Shown here piece after piece: positions 1-14,600 of a DNA stretch of 64,000 bases. Source of the stretch: Puccinia triticina (lineage: Eukaryota); contig CP110439.1 in the NCBI GenBank assembly GCA_026914245.1, positions 3,286,001-3,350,000 of the forward strand, given 5' to 3'. How positions within the stretch are numbered: position 1 is the first letter of the stretch; every line of letters starts with the position of its first letter. The notes beneath the pieces are model-generated. The model did no database searches, was not told where the DNA came from, and was given only the letters and a program-made list of their open reading frames with translations. Position numbers and translations under genes: made by a program.

Positions 1-1994
1 TGTTCCTGGAGACTCTGAGTGATTTACACACCTGTCACGATGGCGACCCGGCCTAAAAGAATTCAGAATGATGATGAAAACGTGTCGGCTTCTGAATGAG
101 CACATAAGATAATCAGCATTACCAAAATATTCATGTAGCTCACCAGTGAGATCAGGGCTGTCTGACAAGTTCCAAGAAGTGGATTTAGGCGTCTTGCATA
201 GCATGTTGCAACGCGCAATGAACGTTTTCTGGACGACACTATCGAAGTTGAGTTCCACGGGGTTATTTCAAGAAAACTGTCCAGAGGTAGGTATGGGAGG
301 CCAGAAACCTAAGGTCAATCGCGGCGCTGTCAAAAACCGGTTTGCAACCACGAACTTTCTCGGACCGATACTTTCAGGTTAGACGATGATAGAATATCTG
401 GATAAGGTGGACCGACTGCGGAAGGAAGTTGTTCTAACTTCTGGACAATGGATGTTTAGCTGCGGGCCAGTGTGGCAAGGAAAAACGGAATCGAACTACA
501 TGCAAACAGGGAAGAGAATCTTACGTGGAAGTCCCACACAACGAGAAAAGTCTGTTTGTATAGCTAACCACAGGCACGCTGAGTATGTAGGGATAAATAC
601 ACGTTTGCACGTCGATCAAGATTCAACCCTAATAACCAGGCAGGGGACCACGTGAAGAGCTGCACAACATGTAAACAATGAGCCAGTGATCATTCTTGAT
701 GGCCTCCCTCGGCTCGATCGGTCGGATAATGTTGAACAAATATGTAGCAGTAGTCTGCAGTAGTTCGTGAATGGAACACTATGGATTACACTGCTTCGTG
801 GATCACGGGGAACGACCATGTTTATGAACATCGAAAAAGAATTGGAGTGCTGCTATGTGGATGCCGAATTCGGGGACTCTTGAGTCTTTAGTTAGCTCCG
901 GCAAGCTGGGTCCGATTATGTACAGAGCCCCAGATCCCATCGCACATCAACCCTCCCAGGGTATCTGGAACATATTCTTAACACGGCCGTTGATGTCAAC
1001 AACAGGCGGATTCTCTACACGTGCGCTGCACTGGAATTGGCTGGAGTATTGATGTCATGAAAAGGGCCGCTAGAATCAGGTGTCACCCCTTGTCAGCCCC
1101 ATGAGCCCATGCTACGGTCGAGGGAGTTTGCCACGGATTATGATCAGCATCGGCTTGCACGATCTTTGGACTGTAGGTGCGAGATGATCCGCTAGAAGCC
1201 ATTTCCATTAGAGCGGGGCGCCGATAGGGGTCGATCCAACTTGTGCAGCGCAAGTCCCGATCCCCTACCGGTATACGGGAGCGGAAAGGGCTGATATAGT
1301 TCGGGTTCCTGGCTGGAGAGGCCTGCGCCGATCGGAGGGCCTTTTCGTATTTCTTTCAGGAGATCTTCTTCAAAGCTCAATCCGACTGAATGGGTCAGAG
1401 TTACTCAGTTAGCAGAAAACAAACAACCGCTAACAGTTTTAAGCGAAGCGGAGTTTTCGATTGAAATAAGGCTGAATTTTAGTGTAATAGAAGCTAAACA
1501 GAACTATTTTCAGGGGGCATATTTCTATCTCAAGCTGGCACATATTTATGTCAAGAAAGCTGTGAGGGATGGATTGGAATGTTCTCAGTTGGACAAGCCC
1601 CCGTAACCCCACAGGTTGATTTGGTTTTTTCTAACTGTGCAATGGCTTGGCGATGGAGCCAGTTGAATTTTTCTGCATGCAGGACCATATTCAGGTGCCA
1701 CAGCAACAGCGGTCCAGGTCCTGGACTCCATCACCCAACCTGCAATGCAAAAGGGGGGTTTGACCAATTTCCTGAATGTTAGTGTTTCTGCAATCTGGTC
1801 CTGCATCCAGGAAAATTCATGCTTGAAACCCCCCTAATCCTGTGTTCAAAGCTGATGTGCATAATTAATGAGAAAATCATAAATGTGTATTCTGTGGGAA
1901 GCCTGCAGAGTTGACGGGATTCTCTGCCAGCAAGTGTTAAGATCAAAACATGCATGCAGCCATGCTGGAACAAATCAGACTCAAGCCAGCCAGC

Positions 1995-4900
1995 TAGGGA
2001 TGAAACCGGGTCGGGTTCGGGTCGGAAAACAGTGCCCAAACCCGACCCGGGTATAATTGCGGGTCGGGGCGGGTCGGGTCGGATTCAGGTTAGCACTGCC
2101 CGAACCCGACTCTGCTTGTGATGAAGTCGGGTCCGGGTCGGGGCGGGTCGGGTCGCGGGTCAGGATTCGGGTCAAGCCATATTTATGGCTTATTTCCATG
2201 CCAACAGCTCATGGAAATCATTCAATCAATCTCATTCTTATTTAGTAATTCTGTCTTATTTATTCAATGTAATTCTGTATATATAACACGATATCGATAT
2301 TTTTTCAATGAATGTGAAAGAGGTTGGATAAAAAAACATCAGAACTTATACTATATCAGTCGGAGTCAAGCTCAGATTCTTCGGGCTGTTGGTCAGAGAG
2401 GCCCTCGTTGGTTCTAATCCAATCTTGCCCGCAGACAAGGGCTTTGAGTGTTTTGGGATTCAGCCGATTTCTAGAGGGGCTGAGCACTCTTCCCCCAGTT
2501 GAGAAGGCTGACTCGGATGCTATTGATGTCATCGGTGCTATTAAGAAGTACCTCGCCAGTTTTGAAAGGGTTGGGAATCGGACTGCGTTTGTTTTCCACC
2601 AATCGAGGATATCGAACGACGGAGTATCGACGGCAACCGTGCCTTCTTGCAGATAGAGATCAAGTTCTGCCGTAGCCGTGACTGTTGGTACAGTCTTTGT
2701 CATCTTGCTTGCAAGGTACTCCTTGAAGCGACTTTCCTCAATGTCTTCAAACGTATTTTTAGAATCTAAAGTTGTACTATTGTTGATCGATTGAGAGCCT
2801 TGAGAGGCATTCAAAGTGTTTGATTTTGGTTTTGCGTTGGAGGCGAACTCGTTGAACAAGGCGTAGAGTCGTTTTGTTATGCCATCGATTTTTTTCGGAA
2901 CTTCACATTTGTCTGTGTCCGAATCACAGTTTTTGAGGAGCAGAAACTCGATGAGCGAAAGCTTGTATCGCGGATCGAAGACGAGGAAGATTGCGGCCGA
3001 CTCTTCAGGGTTTTTCCAATATTTGTCGTACTTTTCTTGTATTGGTTCCACTAGATTGCAAAGTTCAGTCGGTCCGGATTGAAGAACATTGTTCAGCTTC
3101 TTTTTTATTCTAACTATATTCACATAAAGCATGTGGGCTGTTGGACAATGAGTCATGCACAGCTTCAATGTTGCTGCGGGTTTGAGAATAAACAATTGAA
3201 AATGAGTACATTATTCAAATGGATAGAGTAAATAAAATGAATATGTCAACTAACCAGTGTTGAATATTGAAAGAAAATCTTTCATTGCCGTGATCTCCTC
3301 CCACTCTTCGGCAGCAGGACAGTTGTTATAGTTCGCATCTTGCAGGGCTAGATTCTCAAAGGCCTTTTGGTACGGTATAGACGAATTGAGCATATGAAAT
3401 GTCAAGTTCCAGCGCGTTGGCACATCAAGTACTGGCTGGGCTAGATTTCCAATATTCGTCAACTCAAGAGCCTCTTTGAATTGTTGCTTTCGGGAGGGGG
3501 TACTTCTGATATATCGGACAGAGTCTCGGATCTTGCTGATGGCGGGAGAGAGCTGATGCAAACCATCTTTGACGATCAGGTTGATGATGTGTGCGGCACA
3601 TCGCACATGGAAGAACTTCCCTTCCATTATTGGTGGGGATCGACTTTTGTCTTGAAGTAACTGTTTGACTCGAGCCACGGCAACATTGTTTGCAGCGGCG
3701 TTATCAACAGTAATAAAAGAGACTTTGTCGATAGCTTTCCATTCAACAATCACTGAGAAGAGCTGCTCAGCGATTAGCAATCCGGTGTGAGGTGGCGGAA
3801 GTTCCTTGAACGAGATGAGTCGCTTTTTCAGAGTCCAGTCAGACGAGAGGAAATGCGCTGAGATCACCATGTAGGGGGTTTGATTTGAAGTCGTCCAGAG
3901 GTCAGTTGTTAAGGCGATTTGATTCGCTTTGACGATCTCAAGGGCAATATTGGCTTTGGTTGAGTGATACATCTCCAAGATGTCTTTCTTGACGGTTATT
4001 CGACTATAGAGTTTGAACTGAGGTTGTAAGCTCGCCACAAATTCCCTGAACAGCTTACTCTCGACCGACTTGAACAAACATTTGTCAGTAACGACCATCT
4101 TCGCAAGAAGATCGCGGGACTTCTGCTGAGAAAACACCCAATTGGCCGGTGTCGAATTCTTTGAGATTTGCAGCATAGTCTGCCTGCTTCGTGATCGATA
4201 AGAGGTGCATCGTTCGAGGTGTTGCCAAAGGTGTTTCGTTCCGCACGAGCTTTTGGCAGATAAAGTTTGCTGGCAGTACCGACATTGTCCTCTTTTCTCT
4301 TCACCTGTTTCAACATTCAAACAAAATAAAAATAAATAAACATTAGAATATTTTTGATTCAGAGAATAGAGAAAGTAACAACCAACCTTCCCCACTGGGT
4401 TTGAAGTGGTTCCATATCTTGCTCGTGGTTTTACGCGGTTTTTGGCCTTGAGACGAACTTTTTTCTCCGGTTTGGGAAGCTTTGTTTTCCGAGCGGGGAG
4501 CTTTTTCTTGGGATTCATGGGGCTGACTGGGGTCCAGGACTTGGATGTCGTCTTTGGCCTCACTTTCCGCAGGTGACTGGTGGTCTTGATCAATAGAGCC
4601 CTCGGCGTCGTTAGTTGCCCCGGTATCGTCTTTGGTTGAGGAGGGGACGTGCTTCTTGCGCTTGAGGGGGCGTACTTGTTGAGAGCGGGTCCTGGCCATG
4701 GTGAAGTCGTGGGTAACGGGCCGGTAGCTGAGAGGGGCAGCCTGAGTATATGTACATATATTCAGTGCTGACAGGCCACGGCCCCGCAAACTATGATTGG
4801 TGGCCCAGTGGGAGCGCCGGCCGCGCAATTGATGTAGTCTGGGAGCGCGGGGCCACGTGTTTTACATGGGTACCCGCCTGCTGCGCGGGTCTGTAAACGG

Positions 4901-5077
4901 GTCGGCGGGTCGACCCGACAGCCAAAATGGCTGCCCGAACCCGACCCAAAAATCTGGCGGGTCTGAGGCGGGTCGGGTCGAAAATGGGTTTTTGTGACAA
5001 AGGTCGACCCGAACCCGGCCCCAGACCCGACACGGGCCGGGTACCCGCCGGGTCGACCCGACCCACTTTCATCCCTA
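1995..5077 (-). mobile_element. hAT (Ac-like) DNA transposon, full length, ~3.08 kb
   Basis: Perfect 11-bp TIRs TAGGGATGAAA (1995-2005) and TTTCATCCCTA (5067-5077). Subterminal CCCGA/TCGGG motif clusters at both ends. Internal hAT transposase. The flanks (CAGCCAGC vs GCACCTGA) do not form a TSD. Confidence 0.93.
2356..4699 (-). CDS. hAT transposase (BED zinc finger, DDE core, C-terminal dimerisation domain), 3 exons: 4699-4387, 4304-3255, 3173-2356
   Basis: Motifs IWNHF..C..C..GTKHLWQH (BED), TTDLWT, TVDNAAANN, HVRCAAHIINL, TRWN, WWK..RFPTLSKLAR and SIASESAFSTGGR. GT-AG introns join the ORFs in frame. Some probable TCG-type substitutions (WNST->WNLT). Confidence 0.9.
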
Positions 5078-5680
5078 GCACCTGACCGAAACCATTACAC
5101 ACCAGACAGCCTTCGTATATACGACGTCTCACACCGTGAAGAGAGTTATTTTGAGATGATGATGATGATAGATAAGACCACACAAAAGAAGACCGACGAC
5201 TACAAATGATTTCGGTTTTGGTTTTTTCAATATATGTTAAAAAAAAGCGGGGGTGCGGAGACACAAGACAAGCAAAGAAGAAGCCACAGAAGGACAAGCG
5301 GCAGAGGCGAAGACGACCCCTGGCCCTGCGATCTGCCCATAAAAAGTTAACCATATGTATATGTATGTTTGTGTAACGGAGAAGCAAAAAAGAAAAAAAG
5401 AAAAAGAAGATAAGATAAGATAAACACAATTCAAATAGGAGGGAAGTACGGAAACCAAGACCGGGAAGCGTAAGACACAGCGGAGATATGTATATATAAA
5501 TGTGTGGACTGAGCGGAGATATATGTATATATACTGTGTGGACTGAGGGATGATGAACGGATGATGGAAAGATCAGAGACGATAGTACGGCTGAGGAGAG
5601 CGATGGAGAAGCAGCAAGACACCGCGCGCGGGACGTCTGCCCCCGGACGGGTCGCAAGCCCGGTTGGTGGTGGGGTCAGG

Positions 5681-8600
5681 TCACCGGTCGCCGCGGCTCG
5701 GCCCCCCGAACGCGCGTCCCGCGCCACTGCTTCCGCCGCCACTGCTGCTATTACTGTTGCCGCCGCCGCCGGGGCCGTTGCTGTCGACGGGCCAGTACGA
5801 CGACGACGACGACGAGGGGCCCGCGCCTCCTCGGACCTTGGCCCTGCCCCCGCGGGGGGCATACGACGACGAATGATGGCTGGGGAGCGGGCTGCGGAGC
5901 ATACCTGGGAAGCGACGATACAATTAACATCAGTCTTTCAAATCTCTCTTAAAAAACACACACACACTCGATCTCCTCATGAAGGAGGCAAGCGGATAAA
6001 GAGGTGGCCAAGCTTACCATCGTATCTCGCCCGCTCGCTGCCTTCGTTACCGCTCTGCTGGGACTGACGAAATGAGCCAGGGGGGCCGGGGCCGGAGGTG
6101 CCCAAGATAGGAGTAGTGATAGCGCGATGGCCGGAGAAGTGGCGCATGGGCGGGAAGCCGGGGCCCCCGCGATGGGGAGGGTAATGGTAGGGCGGGTTTC
6201 GGGGCGGTGCGCCGGCATGGTGGGTCGGGTGCGGAGGCAAGCCGGGGTTTGGGGGCAAGTCCGAGAAGGACTTGCTGGTCGTACTTGGCGCATGCACGCC
6301 GCCTGAGGGACCTTGGCTAGAGTGGTGTGGGTGGTCGTTGTGGCCGGGGCCTGCAGACTCCGGAGGCCAGGAGGCGCGCGATGAATTGGAATTCGATGGC
6401 ACTCGAAGCGTTCTGCTCGGAGGGTCGCGACTTGATCCAGACGAGATATTCGACGGGCCTCGGGGATTGGCTCGAGATTCAGACAGACCTGAGGGGGCAG
6501 AGGAGGCGGGCGAGATACTTGGCTTGTAAGCCAGAGGGGACAGGGGGATCTTTGGGCTGCGTTGACTAGACAGGGCCGGCATGGTCGATCTTGAGGGGGG
6601 AAGATGTGCAGCTGGGTGATCTCCGCGAGGGCCAGGAAAGGTAGGATCTGTAGGAGTTTGGACCCGAGACTTGTGCGTATTCGAGTCGATCGGGGTGGGC
6701 TGCGAGCCCCCACCACTTGGAATCGGAGGAGGTTTTCGATGTTGATGGGCCGGGAGATACGAAGCGACGGGGACAGGAAGCGATGCGACATGGACTGAAG
6801 GGGAAGGTTTGGGAGGATCAGGACGATTATATTGAGCAATATTGGCCGGGCCGGAGGAGGCGGTAGACGCCGATTTCGAGGCCGACAGTTGCTGAGAAGG
6901 CGGCTGAGTAGTGAGCGATTCTGGTGCAGGCGAGGCCGTTTGTCCGAGTGGCCGATCATCCGGTGTCTCGGTGCCGGGGAGCTTGGATGAGTCCACTGCC
7001 ACACGTGGAAGGGCAGATTGCTCTGTGATAGCAGGCTTCAAATCACCCTTAAGACTGCTGGTGGAAGTGACGGGGGTCGACTCGAGTGGTGTCCGACTTG
7101 GCGACTTTTGGCAAGGGGGGCAAGAAGCAACGGCACGAGTCCCGCGACCCGACGATGTCTCCTCAGATGGAGACCCTGGCGGCGAGGGCGAACATTCCAA
7201 CTCAGGTGAGCGAGGAGACTCCATGCCCATCAAGATCGAAGGCGATATCGGAGGGAAGTACATCGTTGTAGCTGAGGGACGCGATTCAGATGCAGCATTC
7301 ACAGTATCGTCAGCCGGTTGGACGTTGTCTACGTTTGGCTTGCGATCAGACTGCTGAGGTGGGAGTGGCGATAGATTCAGCCTGGTCGAGCGCGGGGGCG
7401 AGGATCGGGCCTCGTCGGCAGCAACGTGGAGCGTCGATGTAGATTCTTGCTGGCATCGTTGAGCGTGGGGGAGCGGGACTTTCTGGAATAACTGGGGGCT
7501 TGCCGTTGATGATTGCGGATTGACTCGGGAAAGCTCCAGCTCAGGTACGGCCGGGGACATCGATTGGGACTGATGGCGCTCCTCTGACAGCGACGGTCTT
7601 CTTACTTGGCGTCGACGATAATCGGCGATTGATAGGCGGGGCTTCGGAGGAGGCGGGTGTTGGACGACGATAGGCGAAATGTCCATATCTTCCTCGCTGT
7701 TGTCTTCGGTTTGCGCTGATCGAATCGCCGTTTCGGTGCTCGTCGAAGCTCCGGCGCGCTCAGTCTTGATGGGAGGGGGAATGTGGTCTGGTCTGTTCCC
7801 ATCTTCACGAGTCGTGGCTTTGAACAGCCGAGGCGGTGACGGGCCATCTGGAACGACGGTGTTCGAGCTAGGCCCTTCGTCAATCTCCATCTGATCCGCG
7901 GGTTCGTTCGAGGCTGGGGGCTACGAGGCACAAAATAAAAGTCAGGACAGCCAAGACATAAGAGTGTGTTTTATTTAGACTCACAGTAATCTCTGCATCT
8001 CGTATTGGCCTTCGATCAGCTTCGCTCAAGGACGGAGGCTCGACGTCTTCAGAAGCAGTGGTCGTGGATAAACCGTTGGGCCGTTTTTCCTGTGACTCCT
8101 GAGCATCAAGCTCCTCTACATGTGGCTTTTCCACATCGGGTGTCTTCTTTTTCTGCTCTTCGTCTGGTGGCTGTGAGTCTTCACGGGGAACCTGTTGTAC
8201 GACCTCATTGATCGTCTCTTCCTGCGCTTGATCCTGTTTTTCACTAGTGATCACTGGTGTTTCTTGACCATGCATCTCGACTTGCTCTTTACGACCGAGC
8301 CTCTCTCGTTGCTGGTCTTGCTCGTCAATCTCTCCATCTGATGGGGTCGACATGGATTCGATCGCGACACCATCGATATCGTCTTCATAGGCGCCAACGA
8401 CAGGCTCTTCACAACCTCGAGCGCTAATCTTGACCTGCCGCAATTCTGAGTTTAGTCGAGGTATGTTCGGCTCCAAAGCTATGGTAAAAAAAAAAAAACA
8501 AAGTCGAGACGCGTTTAGCTCAAGACTGGTGCTCGGGCTGATAGGGCACATGTCATGCGAGAAAACACAACTGACCTGTTTGCTTATCCGACTTCTTCAG

Positions 8601-11600
8601 GCTGACCACATCAACAGCCATGTTGCTGCGGTCCTCGGCGATATCCTGAGGGGGAGGCCTCGTTGGAGAAGGCGAGTCGGGCAAAGGGTCAGGTATCTTT
8701 GCGTCATTGTTGGCAGACTGGGCGCGAGCTTTCTCTTCTTTTTTGAGAACCGAGGCGACTAATTCAAGCTTGCGAGGGGACAAGGGGAGCAGGGGCTGGC
8801 TGGACGAAGAAGGCGGCAGCAAGGGAGGCAAGATGGGGATCGGTGGCGGGGGCTGCTTCCGTTGAGGTTCTTCGGCCACCGTCGTCAAAGGCGGTCGGTT
8901 GGTCGTGAAATGGATCAAGGGATTGGCGAGCGGGGCGATAACGACCGGTTCGGTGACTTGGCGAGATCGGTAGTCCTTCAGGCTGATCCGCTTTGGGGCT
9001 GCCTTTTTTGGCTCGACAGGAGATGGTTCGGCGGGGCTTGGCAAGGGCGGATTAACTTCAAGAGCAGATGTACTGGCGCTACATTGTTGAGGTGGCGGAT
9101 CGAATAACTGGGCCACAGCTGGTCTTTCGATGACGGAGGAGCTTCCTTCAGCAGGCGGTTGGGTGCCTTCGGATTCTTGTTTCTCGATGACAGCCATGGC
9201 GGGATTTGTCTCTTGCGTCCGCGCAGGAACGGCGACGCTCGAATCGACTGCGATTGACTTTGAAGCAGGGACCGGGTCGAGTCGGCCCACCTTCTGCGCG
9301 ATGACAGAGGCATTGACCTTGGCCAAGGAGTTTGAAGCAAGATCAGCAGCTGACGACAACGTGGGGATCGGCGAGACTCCATCGCTCCGCTGCAGCTTGC
9401 CAGCCGTTTTTTCGACGACCTCCTCCTCATCGTCGTTGTTTTCAGAAGGCGACGAGGACCTGATCGTCAAGCGCATCTTAGAGCCCGGCTCCTTGACCGC
9501 TGGGGCGGCGGAGACATCTTGGCCCTCCTCCTCCTCGTCGTCTGACTCCAGATCGGAGAGACTACTGGTCTTGTTACTGTGATTACCTTTCCGGTAGCCA
9601 GTAGGGAGAGGAGGCTTGAGCTTATCGACCCCGCGGAGCTCGGGCTTGTTGTTCAAGCGTGTCATACCGCTGCCGGCCGGAAGACCGCCTCCGGGTCGTG
9701 CTGAACTCGCCTTCTTGACAGGCGCCATCCGCACAGGGGGCTTGAGGATATTTTTACTTCGGATCCGTTTCCGGTTGTTGAGGTAGCGCGGGGTATGCGA
9801 AGACAGCATTTCCTCATCGCTCGAGCCCAAGATTGTCGTCGAAGCATCGGAATCCAGTAGGTGTTCGTCCGTTCCCTCAGAAGGCTGACTGAGAGCGGAG
9901 TCGTCTGAAACGGATACACAGAATCAGTCAAGTAGATCTTCTGGGAACAAAGAAGGAAAACGTACCTTGAGATTCAAGATGCGATTCAACATCCACACTG
10001 GCAGATCGCTGAGAAAGTCTCGTAGGCGAGCCAGCCTTTGTTTGTTCTACGGCTTGGTTGGGGACCATGGGCTCGGGTGACGGCCTGATTGCTTCTTGAA
10101 GGGTTTCGGGGTCTTGAACAGAAAGAGGTGGGTCAGGAATGGGCGCGACAACCTCCGCTGCAACTTGGTTTTCGGTCGGCGCTGCTTCACGATCCTCATC
10201 ATCATCTATCCTTCGAATCTGAGTGGTGTCAACATCGTGAACCGGCTCCGGAGATTTTGGAGAGACAATAGAATCAGCTACCATCCGGTCCGCCGCTAGA
10301 TCCGCTACCGATTCAACTGTTTGCCTAGAATCTTGAACCATCGATGCGGTACTGGAATCCGACGGCGGCGTCAGACGAGAAACCGGGAGCTCGTTCTGGT
10401 CGTCCGTTGCGAGCTGACTTGGGCCGGGTTGCGCTGCAGTAGCGCCACCGGGCTCGAGGTGCTGAGCGGCCATTGCAGGCGAGTCTTGCTTGGGGCTTCT
10501 TGGAGCCGTAGTCATCTCTTCGCCACCCCGTCCGACCGAGGCCAATTGGGGTGGCGAGGGTCCGAGATCTTGAGCCGGCAGTTCAGTTGATGCCGGTACA
10601 ACATCGCTCCGAAGTTGATCGATGTCTTGCTCGATGTGGCTGGCCTCCAAAGGCAACACAGATACAGGCGCCGCACCTACCGTCTTTCCAAAAAAGGTTT
10701 CTGGTTGAGAAGCGAGCGACGGAGGCTTCGGGAACTGATACCCAGGGCTAGGACCAGGCGGCGAAACCAGAGTCGGCGGTTCTTCGACCACTGCTTCAGG
10801 GTACACTTCTTCCTCTTGGACTTCACCTTCCTCGGGCGTACTCGACGGTGGCTTTATTTCTGCTGGTGGGGCTTCGGCGGGGAGAACAGGCGGGCCATCG
10901 ACTTGTCTTGGCGGCTCCGGAAGATCGACAGCCGCTTCGGTGATGCTGCTCTCTCGTGGTTCCGGTACTTGGACTTCCATCGCGTGATCGGGCTGATTTC
11001 TTGCCACGCCTGTCGGACTAATGTCGTCTTTCCTTGTCTGATGAGCTTCGGATGCTCGCGTGATTGGATCCGAGACACGTTCACTATCCACGGTGACCTG
11101 TTGCGGGGGAGAGACCTCTGCGAGTTGAGGTACCACTTGCGACTCTACATCAACGTCTTCACTTGCACGCTTGTTGGACCCTACATCATTGGGATGTTGC
11201 AGATGGGTCAAGTTCGACGGGCCAGGTAGATCGGCCGATGTATCTTGGCCGGGCAAGACGATGGATGACGGTTCGACACGTGCATCATTGCTTGGATTGG
11301 TCTGCTGGGCGCCGGGTAGTACAGCGGATGGCGATGGATGAGAAAGTGGGCGTTGGTTCGGTTGACTCTGAATACTGGACTGTTTTTCGGGCTCCGGCAT
11401 CTGCTGCTGAGTCTGGGCTGAAGGCGGTGGATGGGCAGTTAAATCTTGGCTAGGCTCGACCTCCGGCAATGTGACTTCCTTCTGGACGACTGGATTCGGC
11501 ACAGTCGGACCTGGTTGCCGCAGCTCCCCAACATCGCTTACCCGACGGATCTTGTGGACTGAAGGCTTGCGGTTGAAGACGCTTCGACTGCGGGGTCGTT

Positions 11601-14600
11601 TCTGCTTCTTGGCTGCCGGTTTAGCCGTCCGCGAAGGGTCAGTCTGGACGGGCTGAACGGTCGAATGCAGCCACCAATCGCGCCGCAATCCAAGCAAAGG
11701 ACCCAAGTCAATCTTCTGTTTCTTCTGTCGGCTAGCAGTCGGTGCGCTAGCATTCGAAGTCGCATTTCGGCCGACCTTTGAGGGCAAAGGGTTCGGCTGT
11801 TCCAGAAACGAATACAAGACCAGTCTGAACCGTTCTTCAAATGTTAGAGGTAGGGTACTTTCCTGACGTTCCTTCAGACCGGAGATCGACGTCATTTCAC
11901 CACCTTCACTATCGAGACAACCGTCTTGGTTAGACGGAAACATCGGCTCGCCTGCGCTCAAGCACCCGATCTTCCACATCAGATTGACAGCGCAATTTTT
12001 CTTTCGCTCGCATCCACAGAACATCAGCCCGAAGAATGTCAGCGTCACGGCGGCTAATTTGCAGCTCAGTAACTTGAGATCGCTGCGGGACCAAGGCAAA
12101 AACTGGACCCGAACAGGAGGCAAAGTGGGGCTCCTTTGTTGTTGAGCTTCGAAGGTGCTGGAATGGCTGAGTAATCGAGGCAAGAGATGGACTAGGTGTT
12201 GATCGTCCCACTCCCAGGGCAATATGATTTCTTCGCGGCGAGAGATGTCACTGGCGGCGAAGATTCCGAACGATACTTCCCACGGCAACGGCTGTTCACA
12301 ATCTACACAAGTATACCAAAAAAAAAAAAAAATGTCAACAATAATGAAAAATACAGTCCGATTTATGAAAGCTCCTAACCGGCGGTAGACCAAAGGTTAT
12401 TCGAGTGATGATGACGATCCAACCCTGGCGTAGGAAAAGCGCACGAGCGACCAGATGGCGTTGCACTCCGAGATAAGTCAGGTCCGCTAGCAAGTTCGGG
12501 GTCATGGGAGCGAGGAGCCTGAGGGGTCATGATGATGTTGATGAACGCGTTGGGATGACAGCCGTTCCGGATAAACCGCATCTCGTTGCCATACTGTCGG
12601 CTGTCAATCACGAGTCCGTCGTCGATGTGTGCCGAATCGGGGTCCCGAAGAAGCCGTTTCTCTAACTGCGTAGACCTGAAGAATTTCACGTAAGGCTTGT
12701 TGCAACCAAGACTTGTGTATTGGTTATAGATATCCTCGGTGTATTTTTTCATCGAGGTGATCGAGCCTTTGAGGGAAGCGATGTAGCTGCCGCGAGAGAT
12801 GGGCTGGGTGCTGAAAACGCCGTGAGTGATCAATCGCGGTAGCGAGGACGTCGACGAATTGTTGAGCGAGTTAGAGAAGGTGGGGCAAAACGGGCTGGTA
12901 GCTAATGATGGGAAAAAGTTGATATTAGACGGCGGGATGGCCTTGATCGTCAGTTTCGGGGGTGGCGGAAGCTCGGACATTGTGACTGGAAGGAACTGTG
13001 TGCTGGCGAAGGCGTGAGGCACGGCACGTTGAGACTTGACAGGCGTGTCGGTGGTTTGTGTCAAATGATCGAGGACTTGAAGGGGCGACTTGCAGGGTTC
13101 TGTTGAAGTCGAGAGTGGTTTGGTAGAAGCCGCGACAGCGGCTCTTTCGGCAGATTCGACTTCTTGACCGGGCACCTCCGCATCCGGACCAACCGGGACG
13201 TCCTTTTCGGACAAGCTTTGGATTCTCAAGTACTGCGTAATTAGCTGCTGAACCTGAGATTTGACATCCGCATCCATGTAAAGATCCTTCAGTGTTGGTG
13301 TATACTCATAACGCCAGGCCTCGTATCTATCATCCGCGTCTGCACCGTTCGGAGCTGACGCAGTGTGGTCAGTTTCAACCACATTGGCAGTATTCGAACC
13401 AGAAGCTACTTGGTCGAGGGGTTGCTTCGAGGAATTCAGCTTGGGTTGGGCGAATTTCGTCGGCTTGCGCCCAGGTTTGCGAGGAATCGAGTCCTTTGGC
13501 ACGGCCGAAGCGTCAATTCGCGGGGCAGGCATTGATGAGAGACTTTCTTGTAGGCCGGACAAGCCTAGTCCATTATCGGGATAGGATGTTGTTGGCACTG
13601 AATAGAGCAAACACACACGATGGAAGTGTGATTAACATCGATCCGTCAGTCAGAATCGGTTTGTACAAAGTACTTACGTTTGTCAAGGTGACCCGCAGAG
13701 GTTGCCTTACCCTTGCCTTTCGCGCTGCCGGTCGGACTTTGTCCAGAAGGTTCGCCCTGTGCAGATTCGTTAATGCAAACTCCGCTACTTACCCTGCTCA
13801 TCGCAATGCTAGCGGCAGGCGAGTCAACCAATGATTCGGAATCATTTGCGCCTGCCTGGGTAGATAGACTGGGAGAGCCTGGGGTGACAGAGTTGTCGTC
13901 AGCTGGCGGGTTCCGTGATCGAGTGTCCGCTTCTTTCTTGAGTCTCTGCCGCTGTATTTGCTCGGCCCGGGAGGCCATTTGGATGAGTTGCTTTCTGCGC
14001 TCAGGAGAGGGATCGCACCTGTCACAAAAGTAGTGCTCTGGAACCTGCAGGAAGTGACGATAAAGTAAATCACGTGGAAGTATGAATCAGGTGGAATGAG
14101 CTTGAGCGACGATCTACGCGGATATAAGCAAGCGGCGAAACTGACCTCATCAATCGGCACGTTGACGCAGACTGCATGCTGCCAAACCTCACATGTCTCG
14201 CACTGAATAGTGAACCCGTCGTCGGTGGTAACGGAGCAGATGCACCTGATCACTCCGTCATCTGCCACTTCGTCTGCCCCATCTCCAGTGCTGGATGGCT
14301 CTGTTGATGACTCGCGATCTGCATTGCTGACCGTAGTTCGGCGCGCAACTTTGGGTCGGGTTGATTCAGGGGAGACGTCGGCGGCCGCATCCTTCTGTTT
14401 GTCCTGAGCCGGAGGAGGATACTTGGAAGCAGGAGAGGAAGGGCGTCGTAGGGGCGAAAGCTTCGGTTTCTTAGCTTCTGTGAACAAACCCGGAACCGTG
14501 GGGATAATCAGCACCAGCGCAATCTGCCTATGAACTTTAATAAACAACAATTACCTGTCGAAGGTCCGGGTTGCGGGACCGGCCTTGGATGGGTTGATGG

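Noticed and set aside
100..1380. Possible - strand gene at the window start
   Set aside because: The protein-like frames contain stops and have no recognisable motif. It may be a decayed gene, but I cannot model it.
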